Of a stretch of DNA of 64,000 nt, positions 1-10,300 are shown one piece after another; within the stretch, counting starts at the first letter, position 1, and every line of letters begins with the position of its first letter. Below the pieces are notes generated by a model, which saw only the letters and a list, made by a program, of their open reading frames with translations, did no database searches and was not told the origin of the DNA. The stretch is from an uncultured Chloroflexia bacterium (GTDB lineage Bacteria; Chloroflexota; Limnocylindria; Limnocylindrales; CSP1-4). The position numbers and the translations under genes were made by a program. The stretch covers positions 1,184,001 through 1,248,000 of the forward strand of contig CAVVJT010000010.1 in NCBI GenBank assembly GCA_963748625.1. The letters are read 5' to 3'.

Positions 1-255
1 ACCCGCTTTGACCATGGCGTCGAGAGCCCTCGGGTACGGCGCCGCGGCGAGAATGACGTCCGACCCAAGCCCGTCGCGCACGGGGGCGAGATCGGTGCCC
101 GGGAGCCGCTCACGGACCCGCCGGGCGATACCGACGCTCGACAGCCAGTCGAAGGCGCGCGCCCCACGGAGCCCCGCCGGCAGGTCCAGCAGGTCAGGGA
201 TGCCCACGATGATCGAACGGTTCACGCTCGGCGTGAAGCAGCGCACTTCCGCCAT
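1..255 (-). CDS. hypothetical protein, partial (runs off left edge)
   Basis: ATG at 255 opens a stop-free frame to the window edge (MAEVRCFTPSVNRSIIVGIPDLLDLP...); CATACT -10-like hexamer 6 nt upstream. Confidence 0.45.
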   Translation of the reverse strand, partial: MAEVRCFTPSVNRSIIVGIPDLLDLPAGLRGARAFDWLSSVGIARRVRERLPGTDLAPVRDGLGSDVILAAAPYPRALDAMVKAG

Positions 256-385
256 CGCTGGAGTATGCGCCGCGGACTTGTCCGGTTCCTGTGCGCCCGA
301 CGCGCCACTGCAGCCGGCGAGGTGCTGGGCGCCGAGGTCGGCGATCGGCCCGTCCGCGCTCCCCGCTCAGCGCATCCGCCCAGCC

Positions 386-649
386 TCACGTGTTGTCGCG
401 GCCGCCCGATCGGGGCGCTGCCGGCGAGGTACGACCCCCAGGCGAGACGATCGGCACCGACGTGATGCCGACGACCTCGTGACCGGCCAGCGCCTCGATG
501 AACGGCTGGAAGCTGCCGCAGACCAGGCAACGCAGGATCGAGCCCTCGACGGCGACCTCGCTGACTCCCGAGGCGCGCTCGACCTGGCGGGCCGGGGGCG
601 TGCCCACGAAGCTGACCTCCACGCGGTGGATCCGAGGCTCCTCGAACAT
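386..649 (-). CDS. small stand-alone protein resembling the C-terminal (DUF4162-like) domain of ABC-2 ATPases
   Basis: MFEEPRIHRVEVSFVGTPP...GSILRCLVCGSFQPFIEALAGHEVVGITS resembles ABC ATPase C-termini; no Walker motifs; start chosen from promoter geometry (alternative ATG at 661). Confidence 0.6.
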   Translation of the reverse strand: MFEEPRIHRVEVSFVGTPPARQVERASGVSEVAVEGSILRCLVCGSFQPFIEALAGHEVVGITSVPIVSPGGRTSPAAPRSGGRDNT

Positions 650-656
650 GCCCAGC

Positions 657-701
657 AGCATGGAGGTACTTCCGGACCTGCGCCATCCATGGAATTCGTG
701 A
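657..701 (-). promoter_or_regulatory. putative LuxR-type activator box plus -10 (TCACGAATTCCATGGATG-N21-CATGCT)
   Basis: 17/21 identical to the box at 3166-3186, with identical spacing to a -10-like hexamer. Confidence 0.55.
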
Positions 702-710
702 CCGGAACGC

Positions 711-737
711 GGGTCGGCCGGGTCGGGCGAGTCGGCC
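711..737. repeat. 9-nt tandem repeat (GGGTCGGCC-like x3)
   Basis: GGGTCGGCC GGGTCGGGC GAGTCGGCC read directly. Confidence 0.6.
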
Positions 738-786
738 GGGGATCGCCCCGCCTGGGCGGCACTTCCGGTGGTCTGTCTCGGCTTCG

Positions 787-3084
787 CTACTCGCTCGACG
801 CCATCCAGGCGGCGATGCGTGCGCGCGAGTCGAACCCCAGCTTGTTCATGATGGCGCGGACGTGGCTGTCGACCGTGTGCTCGGAGATGAAGAGGCGGCC
901 CCCGATCTCCTTGTTGGTCAGCCCGTCGGCGATGAGCCGGGCCACCTCCCCTTCTCTCCTCGAGAGAAGACCGGAGTCGACGCGTTCCGGGACGTCGCCG
1001 GTGGCCTCGATGGATCCACCGAGCGCGAGGCGAACGGCGGCATCCCTGTCGAGGCGACTCCCGACGAGGAAGGCGGCGTCGAACCGGGATCGCCCGAGGG
1101 TCGCGATCGCCGACGACTCGGCCTGCTCCACGAGCGGCGCCAGGAACGGCATGACGCGCGCGCCGGCACCCGCGCCGACGGTGGCCCCTGCCCCGAGGAG
1201 CTGCGCCGCGAGCCGCGCCTGCCCCGATCCCACAGCCAGGCATGCCGATGCCTCGAGCAGGTGGAACTGCGACACCCGGTCGTCGATCAAGTGCGCGATC
1301 GGAAGCGCCTCCGCGAACAGCGGCTTCGCCTCGTCGGGCCTGCCCGCGATCAACGCGGCGATCCCCAGGTTCATGAGCCACGTGTCGAGCGTGTACTGGT
1401 CGCCCGACTCCCGGCTGAGACGTGCGCCCTCCAAGGAGGCGGATGCCACCGCCGCCAGGTCACCCGCGAGGAACCCCTCGAACGCCCGGGCCTGCAGCAC
1501 CGCGATGCGGACCTCGACATTCTCCATGCCCGCCGCCACGTCCTCCGCCTCGTCGCGCAGTCGCCGCGCGGACGGGCGGTCGCCCATCATCTCCGCCGCG
1601 ATCGAGGCCATCGCCAGTGCGTTCACCAGCGGACCCGGACGACCGGCCTCCCGTTGCGCCTGAGCCGCCCGCTCGAGGAGCGGCAGGGCCGTGACCGGGT
1701 CGACCTGAAGCAGGGCGAGGAACCCCCGCATGAAGAGGCCGCCGGCGTGTGACGCCGCGTCGTCCGGCCCAATCGCGAGGAACTCGTCCAGCCAGCGCAC
1801 GCCTTCCGTCATGGAACGCGTGATCCAGTACCAGCCCACGTCGACGGCGAGACCGGTGCCCCGCGCGGCATCCCCGCGCAGCGCGCATCGCCGGAGGACC
1901 CAGCGGATGTTGTCGACCTCCACGTCCATCCATCCGAGCCACGCGACGAGCCGGAACCGGGCCTGCACCGCGTTCCTTCGACCTTCCGAGACGTAGTGGT
2001 CGATGCAGCGCAGCTCGACGGCGTCCTCCTCGCCCGCCGCTCGCGTCTTGAGGCCGGCGAACTCGCGCATCGACTCGTGCAGTCGATAGCACGCGATGCC
2101 CTGAACGTCGTCCCTCAGCACCAGCGACTTGTCGACCAGCGATGACAGCACGTCCAGGACGGTCGCCGGCGGCACGTCGTCGAACGCGCACACCGATCCG
2201 ACGTCGTCGAGGGTGAACCGGCCGGCGAAGGCGGACAGGCGCCGGAAGAGCGCCCGCTCGTCCGGTTTCAGCAGGTCGTGGCTCCACTCGATGGTGGTCC
2301 TCAGGGTCTGGTGGCGCGGGAGGGCCGCGCGACTCCCACCCGTGAGCAAGCCGAACCGATCCGAGAGGCGATCGCTGATCTGCTCGACGGACAGGACCCG
2401 CGTCCGGACCGCCGCCAGCTCGATCGCGAGCGGCAGACCGTCGAGCCGCCGGCAGATCTCCACGACCGCCATCCGGTTGGAGGCAGCCAGCTCGAACCGG
2501 CCCGAGGCCGCCGACGCCCGCTCGGTGAAGAGCTCGACCGACTCATTGAGGCGGAGCTGGTCGAGGGGCTCATCGCCCTGTGCGCGGGGCAGCTCCAACG
2601 GTGGGATCGGGAGGACGTGCTCGCCCGTGACCGACAGCGGCTCCCGGCTTGTGGCGACCACTCGCACGCCCGGGGCAGCCCGGAGGACGTCTGCCACGAG
2701 CAGCGCGGCTGCCTCGAGCAGGTGCTCGCAGTTGTCCACGAGGAGGAGGAGCTTCCGGTCCCGCAGGTGGGAGAGCAGGAGGGCCCGCGGCTCGGTCGCT
2801 GCCTGATCGCGCAGGTCCAGGCCCGCGAGGACCGCGTTGCCGACCAGGTCCGGGTCCCGGACGTCCGCGAGCTCGACCAGCCATGCGCCGTCCGGGAAGG
2901 CGCGGGAAAGATCGGTCCCGATCCGGATCGCGAGGCGGGTCTTGCCGACGCCGCCTGGGCCGACGAGGGTGACCAGGCGATCCGTGGCGAGCTTCTTCCG
3001 GAGCTCCGCGAGCTCGCGGCGGCGGCCGACGAAGCTGGTCGCCTCGGCCGGCAGGTTGCCCCGGCGACGGGTGGGTCTGGCCAT
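787..3084 (-). CDS. NB-ARC/STAND ATPase-TPR-LuxR transcriptional regulator
   Basis: GNLP..TSFVGR, Walker A GPGGVGKT, LLLVDNCEH, LDGLPLAIELAA, C-terminal LSRREGEVARLIADGLTNKEIG HTH. Confidence 0.93.
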   Translation of the reverse strand: MARPTRRRGNLPAEATSFVGRRRELAELRKKLATDRLVTLVGPGGVGKTRLAIRIGTDLSRAFPDGAWLVELADVRDPDLVGNAVLAGLDLRDQAATEPRALLLSHLRDRKLLLLVDNCEHLLEAAALLVADVLRAAPGVRVVATSREPLSVTGEHVLPIPPLELPRAQGDEPLDQLRLNESVELFTERASAASGRFELAASNRMAVVEICRRLDGLPLAIELAAVRTRVLSVEQISDRLSDRFGLLTGGSRAALPRHQTLRTTIEWSHDLLKPDERALFRRLSAFAGRFTLDDVGSVCAFDDVPPATVLDVLSSLVDKSLVLRDDVQGIACYRLHESMREFAGLKTRAAGEEDAVELRCIDHYVSEGRRNAVQARFRLVAWLGWMDVEVDNIRWVLRRCALRGDAARGTGLAVDVGWYWITRSMTEGVRWLDEFLAIGPDDAASHAGGLFMRGFLALLQVDPVTALPLLERAAQAQREAGRPGPLVNALAMASIAAEMMGDRPSARRLRDEAEDVAAGMENVEVRIAVLQARAFEGFLAGDLAAVASASLEGARLSRESGDQYTLDTWLMNLGIAALIAGRPDEAKPLFAEALPIAHLIDDRVSQFHLLEASACLAVGSGQARLAAQLLGAGATVGAGAGARVMPFLAPLVEQAESSAIATLGRSRFDAAFLVGSRLDRDAAVRLALGGSIEATGDVPERVDSGLLSRREGEVARLIADGLTNKEIGGRLFISEHTVDSHVRAIMNKLGFDSRARIAAWMASSE

Positions 3085-3165
3085 GGTGCACCCCACGTTA
3101 CTCCGGCCGTCGGCGGCCCGGGGCCGCGTCTGTCGTTGCCGGTGGCCGGCTCGCTCATGACCGAA

Positions 3166-3210
3166 TCACGAAACCCATCGATGCCGTCGTACGCCGCCGC
3201 GCCCCAGGCT
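3166..3210 (+). promoter_or_regulatory. putative LuxR-type activator box plus -10 (TCACGAAACCCATCGATG-N21-CAGGCT)
   Basis: matches the box at 681-701 on the opposite strand; lies upstream of the DUF4386 operon. Confidence 0.55.
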
Positions 3211-3258
3211 GGCGTCACCAACGCGGGCACAGGGTCCGCGTGATCGAAGGAGGAAGAC

Positions 3259-3984
3259 ATGAACGACCTCAGGGCCGCGCGGCTCACAGGCGTGCTGTTC
3301 ATCATCGCGACGGTGGTGAACCTGCTCGGCGCGGCGGTCCGGCCAAGCCTGACCGGCACCGACTACCTCGTCAGGTTTTCAGCGGATCCGGACCGGGTCG
3401 CGGCCAGCTCGCTGTTGCTGCTCATCGCGGCGTTCGCGTGCGCGGGGATCGCCGTCGCGATGTACCCGGTCGTCAAGCGGACGGACACGGGCCTCGCACT
3501 CGGATCGGTCGTCTTCCGGACGCTGGAGGCGGTCATGTACATGGTGGCCGTAGTGAGCCTGCTGTCCCTGTCGACACTGGGCCAGGCCTCCATCGCGGCA
3601 GGAGCCGCCGACCAGACAGCGCTGGGCGCCATCGGCGGCCTGCTCCTGAGCCTGCGTGAACACGCCACCATGGCCGGAGTATTCGCCTTCTGCCTCGGCG
3701 CGTTCCTGTACTACACCGCCTTCTTCCGGTCGCGGCTCATTCCCAGGTGGCTCTCCGGCTGGGGGATCGTGGCGATCGGCATGCTGGCTGCCGCGAACGT
3801 GCTGGCGCTGTTCGCCGGTCGCTCCGTGACGGACTACCTGCCCATGGCGCTGCCGATCTTCCTGCAGGAGATGGTCCTGGCGGTCTGGTTGATCGCCAAG
3901 GGGTTCAGCCCGGTCCACGCCGCTGCGCCTGAGGCCGACGTCGCGGTCGGCCGGACGGCCGGCACGCTCGCAGCCGCGAGGTGA
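3259..3984 (+). CDS. DUF4386 family membrane protein
   Basis: strong RBS AGGAGG; multiple TM helices; ARLTGVLF, SRLIPRWLSGWG and EMVLAVWLIAKGF motifs. Confidence 0.85.
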   Translation: MNDLRAARLTGVLFIIATVVNLLGAAVRPSLTGTDYLVRFSADPDRVAASSLLLLIAAFACAGIAVAMYPVVKRTDTGLALGSVVFRTLEAVMYMVAVVSLLSLSTLGQASIAAGAADQTALGAIGGLLLSLREHATMAGVFAFCLGAFLYYTAFFRSRLIPRWLSGWGIVAIGMLAAANVLALFAGRSVTDYLPMALPIFLQEMVLAVWLIAKGFSPVHAAAPEADVAVGRTAGTLAAAR

Positions 3985-4916
3985 CCCACATGAAAGCAGC
4001 CGTGTGCGAACGCTACGGGCCCCCGGAGGTCCTCCGCATTGAAGAGGTCGAGGCGCCGGTTCCGGCGCACGACGAGATGCTCGTACGGATCCATGCGTCG
4101 ACGGTCAACTCGAGCGACTGGTACGTCCGGAGCGGCGTCCCGATGTCGCCCCTCGCGGTCCAGATCCCGTTCCGGTTCCTCGTGGGCTTCCGACGCCCGC
4201 GGCGGCGGATCATCGGCCTGATCCTCTCGGGTGAGGTTGTCGAGGCCGGGAGGAGCATCACGCGGTTCCGTCAGGGCGACCGCGTGTGGGCGTTCACCAA
4301 GCTCCGCTTCGGGGCGTACGCCGAGTACACGTGTCTGAAGGAGGCCAGCAGCGTTGCGATCGCGCCGGCCGGCATCACGTACGACGAGGCCGCCGCGATC
4401 GCCTACGGGGGAATGATGGCCCTGCACTACCTGCGGCGGGGTGGCGACCTACGCGGGCAGCGCGTGCTGGTCTACGGCGCCTCGGGGGCGGTCGGGACGG
4501 CGGCCGTCCAGCTCGCGCGCCACGCGGGCGCCCGGGTGACCGGCGTCTGCGGCCCAGACAACGTAGAGCTGGTGGCCTCCCTGGGCGCCGTCGCTGTGCT
4601 CGACTACACGACCGCGGAGGCGCCGCCGGACGGGGCGGTGTACGACTTCGTCCTCGACGCGGTCGGGAAGCGACGGAGCTCGCCGCTGAAGGTCGCGTGC
4701 CGGCAGGCCGTGGCACCGGGAGGTGCGTACGTCTCGGTGGACGATGGGACCCCCGCCTTCGCGGCGGCCGATCTCGCCATCCTGGCGGAGCTCGTGGAGT
4801 CGGGGGCGATCAGGGCGGTCATCGACCGGGTCTACCCGCTGGAACGGATCGCGGAGGCCCACCGATACGTCGAGACGGACCACAAGCGTGGCAACGTCGT
4901 CATCACCGTCGCCTGA
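3981..4916 (+). CDS. NAD(P)-dependent MDR-family (zinc-independent, quinone oxidoreductase-like) dehydrogenase
   Basis: MKAAVCERYGPPEVL, GASGAVG Rossmann motif, VIDRVYPLERIAEAHRYVE..HKRGNVVI; GTGA overlap with upstream gene. Confidence 0.9.
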   Translation: MTHMKAAVCERYGPPEVLRIEEVEAPVPAHDEMLVRIHASTVNSSDWYVRSGVPMSPLAVQIPFRFLVGFRRPRRRIIGLILSGEVVEAGRSITRFRQGDRVWAFTKLRFGAYAEYTCLKEASSVAIAPAGITYDEAAAIAYGGMMALHYLRRGGDLRGQRVLVYGASGAVGTAAVQLARHAGARVTGVCGPDNVELVASLGAVAVLDYTTAEAPPDGAVYDFVLDAVGKRRSSPLKVACRQAVAPGGAYVSVDDGTPAFAAADLAILAELVESGAIRAVIDRVYPLERIAEAHRYVETDHKRGNVVITVA

Positions 4917-4949
4917 CGCGGGCACCGGCGTCGCGAGGCCCGGCGGGCG

Positions 4950-7031
4950 TCAGCTCCCCTTGGTCCCCACCACGGTGACGCCGTCGACCGCCGGGTAGTT
5001 CGAGAAGTACCGCTTGCGCCAGTGGAGCTTGCCGTGATCGTAGATCGACACGGTGACCCACACCTTGGCGCCGTCCGCCGGGGCGTTGTTGAAGAACCGG
5101 TATCCCACGGGCTTGGTCGGATCCTTCACGATCGTGCTCTTCGCGCGCGGCCCGTGCTGGATGACCACGTTGCTGACCGTGGCTTTTCGCCCGTTGGGCA
5201 CGCTCCAGATCTTGAACGTGAGCCAGCGCTTGCTGCCGGCCTGGGTGACGTTCCGCGTGATCAGGATCGGGTACTTGGTGTCGTTCCTGAAGGTCATGTT
5301 CTGCGTGGCGTTGCCGACCTTCCACACGGTGGCATCGAGGCCCGCCGGGTACCGGGTGATGTACTCGTTGTGGTTCTTCTTGGCGAGCGGCACCATGCCT
5401 GCCCGGAACGCCGCGTTGAACAGCGTCGTCGACGTCGTGCAGATGCCGCCGCCGAGGGCGCCGGTGACGGTGATCTTCCCGTTCACGATCGCGTTGCCGG
5501 GGCCAACGCCCGGGAGCTTGCTGACGTCGCCGACGGTCTTCCAGAAGTCGAACTTGGCACCTGCGGGCACGACCGTGCCGTTGATCGCCGTGGCGGGCGC
5601 CTCGATGTTGCCGCCCCAGTGGTTGTTGACGATCACCCAGTAGAAGATGCTGTAGTCGCTGATCATCTTCATCTTGGGGGCGAACGCCTTGGCATCCGCC
5701 AGCGACAGCTTGGGCTTGACGGCCTTGACGACGGCTTCGACGGGCGCCGGAGCCATGCCGGACTGGCGGGCCTGGATGTGGCTGACGACCGCGGCCTTCG
5801 TTTCCGCGACCTTGAGGGTGCGGCCCTCACGGCTGCTGCCGGTGGCGACGACGCGCCCCTTGACCAGCTTGAGGCCCGCGTCCCGCACGGTCTGCTTGAC
5901 CTTCTTGGCCATCCCCTCGAGGATCGGGTCGAGGCCCGACGCATCGAGGACCGGGGTGATGCTCCCGTCCGCCGAGGTCGAGAACGAGACCAGGGGCGCG
6001 AGGCTCGCGCCGGCGATCGTCCAGCTGTCATCGCCCCGGGCGACGACCACGTCGGCCGTCATCCGTTCCGCGGCTGCCTTGGCCTCCTCGGCCGAGACGG
6101 TGGCGACGGCGGGCGCAAGTGGCACGACCGGCACGGACATCGCGATCGACTCCGAGGTGTCGAACGCGACGAGCTGCTCGTGGAGCGCGGTCTCGAGGGC
6201 ACCCTTGTCCACGGCGCGACCGTCGGCCGCGGGAGTGACGCTGAAGATCCCGTCCTGACCGACCGACGCGGTGGCATCCACCGGGGTCTGGTCGATCGTG
6301 GCGGCGAGGGAATCAATGACAGCGACAAGCGAGTCGAGGTTGTAGACAACGGGAACGACGGCGTCGAGGGCGACGCCGTCGATAGCGGCGCGCGGAGCGC
6401 CGATGAGGTCCGCGAGCGGCTCGCCCTGGCGCCCGGCCGCGAGCGCCGCGTCGATCAGGGTCGTGGTGTCAGGGCCGCGGCCGAGGTCGGTGTAGCTGAG
6501 GGTCGTCACCTGGCCATCCGGGCCGGTGAGCGTGACCTCTCCCTCGCCCAGCCACCCGTAGGCGTTCGCGATCTCCGCCTCCGCCTGCTCACGGGTGAGC
6601 CCGCCGAGGGCCGTGCTCCCGACGCTCACGCCGGGCAGGACCCGGCCGTCGTACTGCTGGCCCCAGGCGTACAGGGCGCCGGCACCGATGCCGACGGCGA
6701 GCAGGACGCCCAGGACGAATGCGACGCCGAAGCGGAGAACGAGCGCCCTTCGGCGCCGGGGCCGTGCCGTGGGCTCGGCGGCAGTCACGGCGGCCGCGAG
6801 GGGCAGGACCGGCACGGCATCGACACCGGGCTTGGGGGTCGGCAACGTGTCCACCGGTACGGTGTCGGTCGGCTCACCCGGCGGAGGCACATCGGCAACG
6901 GTCGTGTCCGCCGCGGCTGAGGTGCCCTCGACGACGGGCTCGGTGGCATCCGCCCCGGCCTCGGGCGACTCGGTATCGGGTGTGGCGGCGTTGGCAGCCT
7001 GGTCGGCTGCAGAGTTGGGCAGGTCGGTCAT
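4950..7031 (-). CDS. VanW family protein with PG-binding_4 repeats and N-terminal TM anchor
   Basis: VLPGVSVG..LGGLTREQA, GGGICTTSTTLFNAA, YPAGLDATV, FRNDTKYPILI motifs. Confidence 0.88.
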   Translation of the reverse strand: MTDLPNSAADQAANAATPDTESPEAGADATEPVVEGTSAAADTTVADVPPPGEPTDTVPVDTLPTPKPGVDAVPVLPLAAAVTAAEPTARPRRRRALVLRFGVAFVLGVLLAVGIGAGALYAWGQQYDGRVLPGVSVGSTALGGLTREQAEAEIANAYGWLGEGEVTLTGPDGQVTTLSYTDLGRGPDTTTLIDAALAAGRQGEPLADLIGAPRAAIDGVALDAVVPVVYNLDSLVAVIDSLAATIDQTPVDATASVGQDGIFSVTPAADGRAVDKGALETALHEQLVAFDTSESIAMSVPVVPLAPAVATVSAEEAKAAAERMTADVVVARGDDSWTIAGASLAPLVSFSTSADGSITPVLDASGLDPILEGMAKKVKQTVRDAGLKLVKGRVVATGSSREGRTLKVAETKAAVVSHIQARQSGMAPAPVEAVVKAVKPKLSLADAKAFAPKMKMISDYSIFYWVIVNNHWGGNIEAPATAINGTVVPAGAKFDFWKTVGDVSKLPGVGPGNAIVNGKITVTGALGGGICTTSTTLFNAAFRAGMVPLAKKNHNEYITRYPAGLDATVWKVGNATQNMTFRNDTKYPILITRNVTQAGSKRWLTFKIWSVPNGRKATVSNVVIQHGPRAKSTIVKDPTKPVGYRFFNNAPADGAKVWVTVSIYDHGKLHWRKRYFSNYPAVDGVTVVGTKGS

Positions 7032-7265
7032 CGAAGGCTCATACGCGGTCGGCCAGCGCCGGGTCTCATCGCCGGCAGCCGCGATATCTTCGCTTGTGCA
7101 CGCGAATTTGTCAGGCGACGGTCAGCCCGGCCGGCGGGACTGGGACGCGGGACGGCCCCCGGACGTTGCGCGGCAGGACCACCGCGCGCCGATCGGCTCC
7201 TCGCCGATGGACACCACCGCCCACCCGAGGGGTGACGGGCATCCGGTTCGGGCACGCCAGACGGA

Positions 7266-7293
7266 AGCCCCCGGTCCCTGGGAACCGGGGGCT
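7266..7293 (-). terminator. intrinsic terminator-like hairpin after the large secreted protein
   Basis: AGCCCCCGGT-ccctggga-ACCGGGGGCT inverted repeat downstream of the stop at 7362. Confidence 0.65.
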
Positions 7294-7361
7294 CGCGTCT
7301 GCTCGTGCGGTCAGGCCGAGGGAGTCTCGTGGCCGACCGCACCTATCCGGGCGGCAACTGG

Positions 7362-10300
7362 CTATCTCGCGCTCAGGAACGCGTCGATGTCCACCCGCCT
7401 GCTGCTGGAGCGGCTGCTCTTCGTACCCGTGACCACCACCTTGATGGTGTGCTTGCCGACACTGGCGAAGGTCTTCGTCCAGACGATCCGGCCCGCTTGC
7501 CGAGTTGCGGCGTACAGGTTGATGGTGGCCAGCTTGCGCGTGCCATCCCAGATCGTCGCCTTGCCTCGATCGGGTCCGCGCGTCGAGACGAAGGCGAAGG
7601 TCCGCGCAGTTGCGGTCCACTTCGCAGTGCGCCCCTTCACGCTTGCGTAGGCAACGTGCCCGCCGGAAGCGTTGGTCAATGACGCCCGTTTGAACGTTCC
7701 CCTGTAGTCGACCGACTTCGAGTTCTCCTGGACGATGCCCAGGCGCGTCGACTTGGCCGCGAGCCACAGGACGACGGTCCTGGTGGCCGGTTTGGAGACA
7801 TTGCCGGCGCAGTCCCGGGAGAACGCGCTGATCGTCTTGGTGCCGTCGCCGGTCGGGAGTGCGATGGTCGTCGGCGGATATGCCAGCCAGGACAGGCTGT
7901 TGGCCGACGGCGCCGATGTGCCGCTCACGACCGCGAAGGAGCAGAGGCCGGCGCCTCCGGTATCGGCCCCGGTCACCTTGACGGAGATCGCCGGCGAGGC
8001 GGACACACTGGTCGCCGACAGGGCGACGGTCGGTCGGTTCACGTCCGAGGTCGAACCCTGGATCATGATGCCCGACCAGCCCTTGTTGTTGTCCTCGTGA
8101 ACCTCGGCGATGGTGTTGGCCGGGTCCACCACCGCGTAGATTCGCTTGGTCAGACCCCGGAGGCTGGATGGAACGGTCCATTTCCACGGGCCGACTGTTG
8201 AGGAGCCCTGTGCCGCGATCGGCCCCGTGGCCTTGGCCACCCCGATCTCAGTCCCGCCGAGAGCCGGGTCACCCACGAAGAGGCGCACCGATGTCGACGG
8301 GCTGCTCGCGAGGCTGTAGTTGCGAATCCTCGCGGTGATGTCGACCACTTGGCCGACCTCAGGTTGCGGGTCGCTGATCCAGAGGCTCTTCGTCTCGTAG
8401 TTCGGGTTGCAGCCGATGGCGCCCGCCTTCGCACAGTCGAGACGCTTCGGGAGCGTGAGCGATGGATCGGGGGAATCCTTGTAGACCGAATCCCAGAAGG
8501 TCGGATCCTGGGCCGGGCCTGCCTCGTCGAGCCGCACCAGGTAGTCGAGGACCACGGCGCCGACACCGTCGAACCGGATGTAGGGCGTCACGGTGTAGTT
8601 TCGCGACGCGCCGGACTGATCGTCCTCGATCGAGGCGATCTGCACCGTCTCCTGGGTGGCGCTTCCGAGCGTGGTCGTGCGGTCCGCCGTCGCGCCGACG
8701 TCGTACTTGGTGGACGTCTTGGCCGAGGCGGAGAAGCCGAGGTACTCGCCGCTGACCTCCGCCGAGGCCTCGATGCTCGCCGCGACCGAGACCTTGGTGA
8801 TCGCCGACTGGATATCGCCCCAGCTGATCGACTTGTCTGCACCCGCACCGCTGCTCGTGACCGACCAGCCAGAGCCGAGCGCCCACGCGTTGGTCCAGCC
8901 CGGTCCGGTCGGCTTCTCCGCCGGGTAGGAGAGGAGGTTGCCGGGCTCGTCGTCCGAGAGCCAGCTCGGAAGATCGGCCCCGTCGTACCAGTCGAACGTC
9001 GGCGTGCCGACCGGCTTGATCACTTTCAGGTAGTTGCTGAGGACCAGATCATTCCCGCTTCCCTGGTAGACCGGGTACTCGAGCACGGTATAGCGGATGA
9101 CCTGCACGAGGATCCTGTCATCGGCGCGCGCGGTGATCTGCTCTTTGGCCTCGCTCATCGACGACGTCGCGGAGGTCCGGCTGAAGCCGCCGCCGGCCGT
9201 CGCCTTCAACGAGGCCTTGACGGTGACACCGAAGCCCTTTGCCCCGCCGCTCACCTCCCCGCTCACGGCCCAATCGGCATGGACCTCGAAGCTCGCCTTG
9301 GTCTCACTGTTCTGCGTGGTGCCGTATATGGCGCCGAAGCCACAGTGGGCGAAGTTGTTGATCTGGCTTGCGTCCGTCGGGCGGTAGCAGTGCGTCGGAT
9401 CGTAGACCTGGCCCCCCACCACGTCGAAGTAGGTGGGCACAGCCTTCACGATGACCGCAGGGCGGATCACGTTGCTCACCGTCCAACTGCGGGGCGCGCC
9501 GAGGCGCAGGCCGTCCCCATCGACGTCGCCGATGGCAATGGCTGCCTCCTCGAGGCCCGCGACGCCGCCCATGATGTCGAGCGAGGTCTCGAGCGAGAGG
9601 CTGGGCGTCGGGCTCGGCTCGAAGCTGAGCACATGGAGCTTCCGCCAGCCCGCTCCCGCTCCGTTGCGCCCGGCCGACACGATGATCTGCGGACGCGCGT
9701 CGCCCGGATCCGACAGGTCCGGGGTGATGCGCCCCACACCGAGCGAGATCTGCGAGTTCTCAACCAGCGCAACCCGGGGGAACGTGTACGTCGTCCAGTC
9801 TGCGACGGCCGTGGTGGTAAGGCCACGGTGGACGCTGACGGCTGCCGTCGTTCCGGCTGAGACGTTCCTGACGGTGTACGCGGCGATCGCCTCGTCGAGG
9901 GCGCCACCGTCTGACGCGAGATGCTCCTCGTCATCACGGCGATCGAGGTCCGCCGCCGCGACCCGGATGGTCTTGAGCAGGCCGGTGGTGTTGTCGACCT
10001 TCGTGAAGTCCGGGTCTTTCGCGAATTGGAGGTCCTCCTTGTCGCCTGTCATGCGCACCGAGGTCACGCGCGCGGCGTAGTTGTTCACCCAGCCGAAGAG
10101 GATCTGCTCCCGCGGTCCCACGTCGGCGGGGTCGGCGAAGCGACCGGTCGTGATCGAGACATCGGTCATCTGCCAGCCGCTCCAGCCGCCGTTTGTCGGA
10201 TCCCAGGGGCCTGCCACGGACGTGATGCCGGTGGCACCCGAGCCGGTGACCTTGAAGACCTGGATCATCACGTGGTACTTGGCCCCCGGCTCGAGCTGGT

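Noticed and set aside
7094-7112. Rex operator upstream of vanW (TTGTGCACGCG...)
   Set aside because: Only one half-site matches; the second half is not TTCACAA-like
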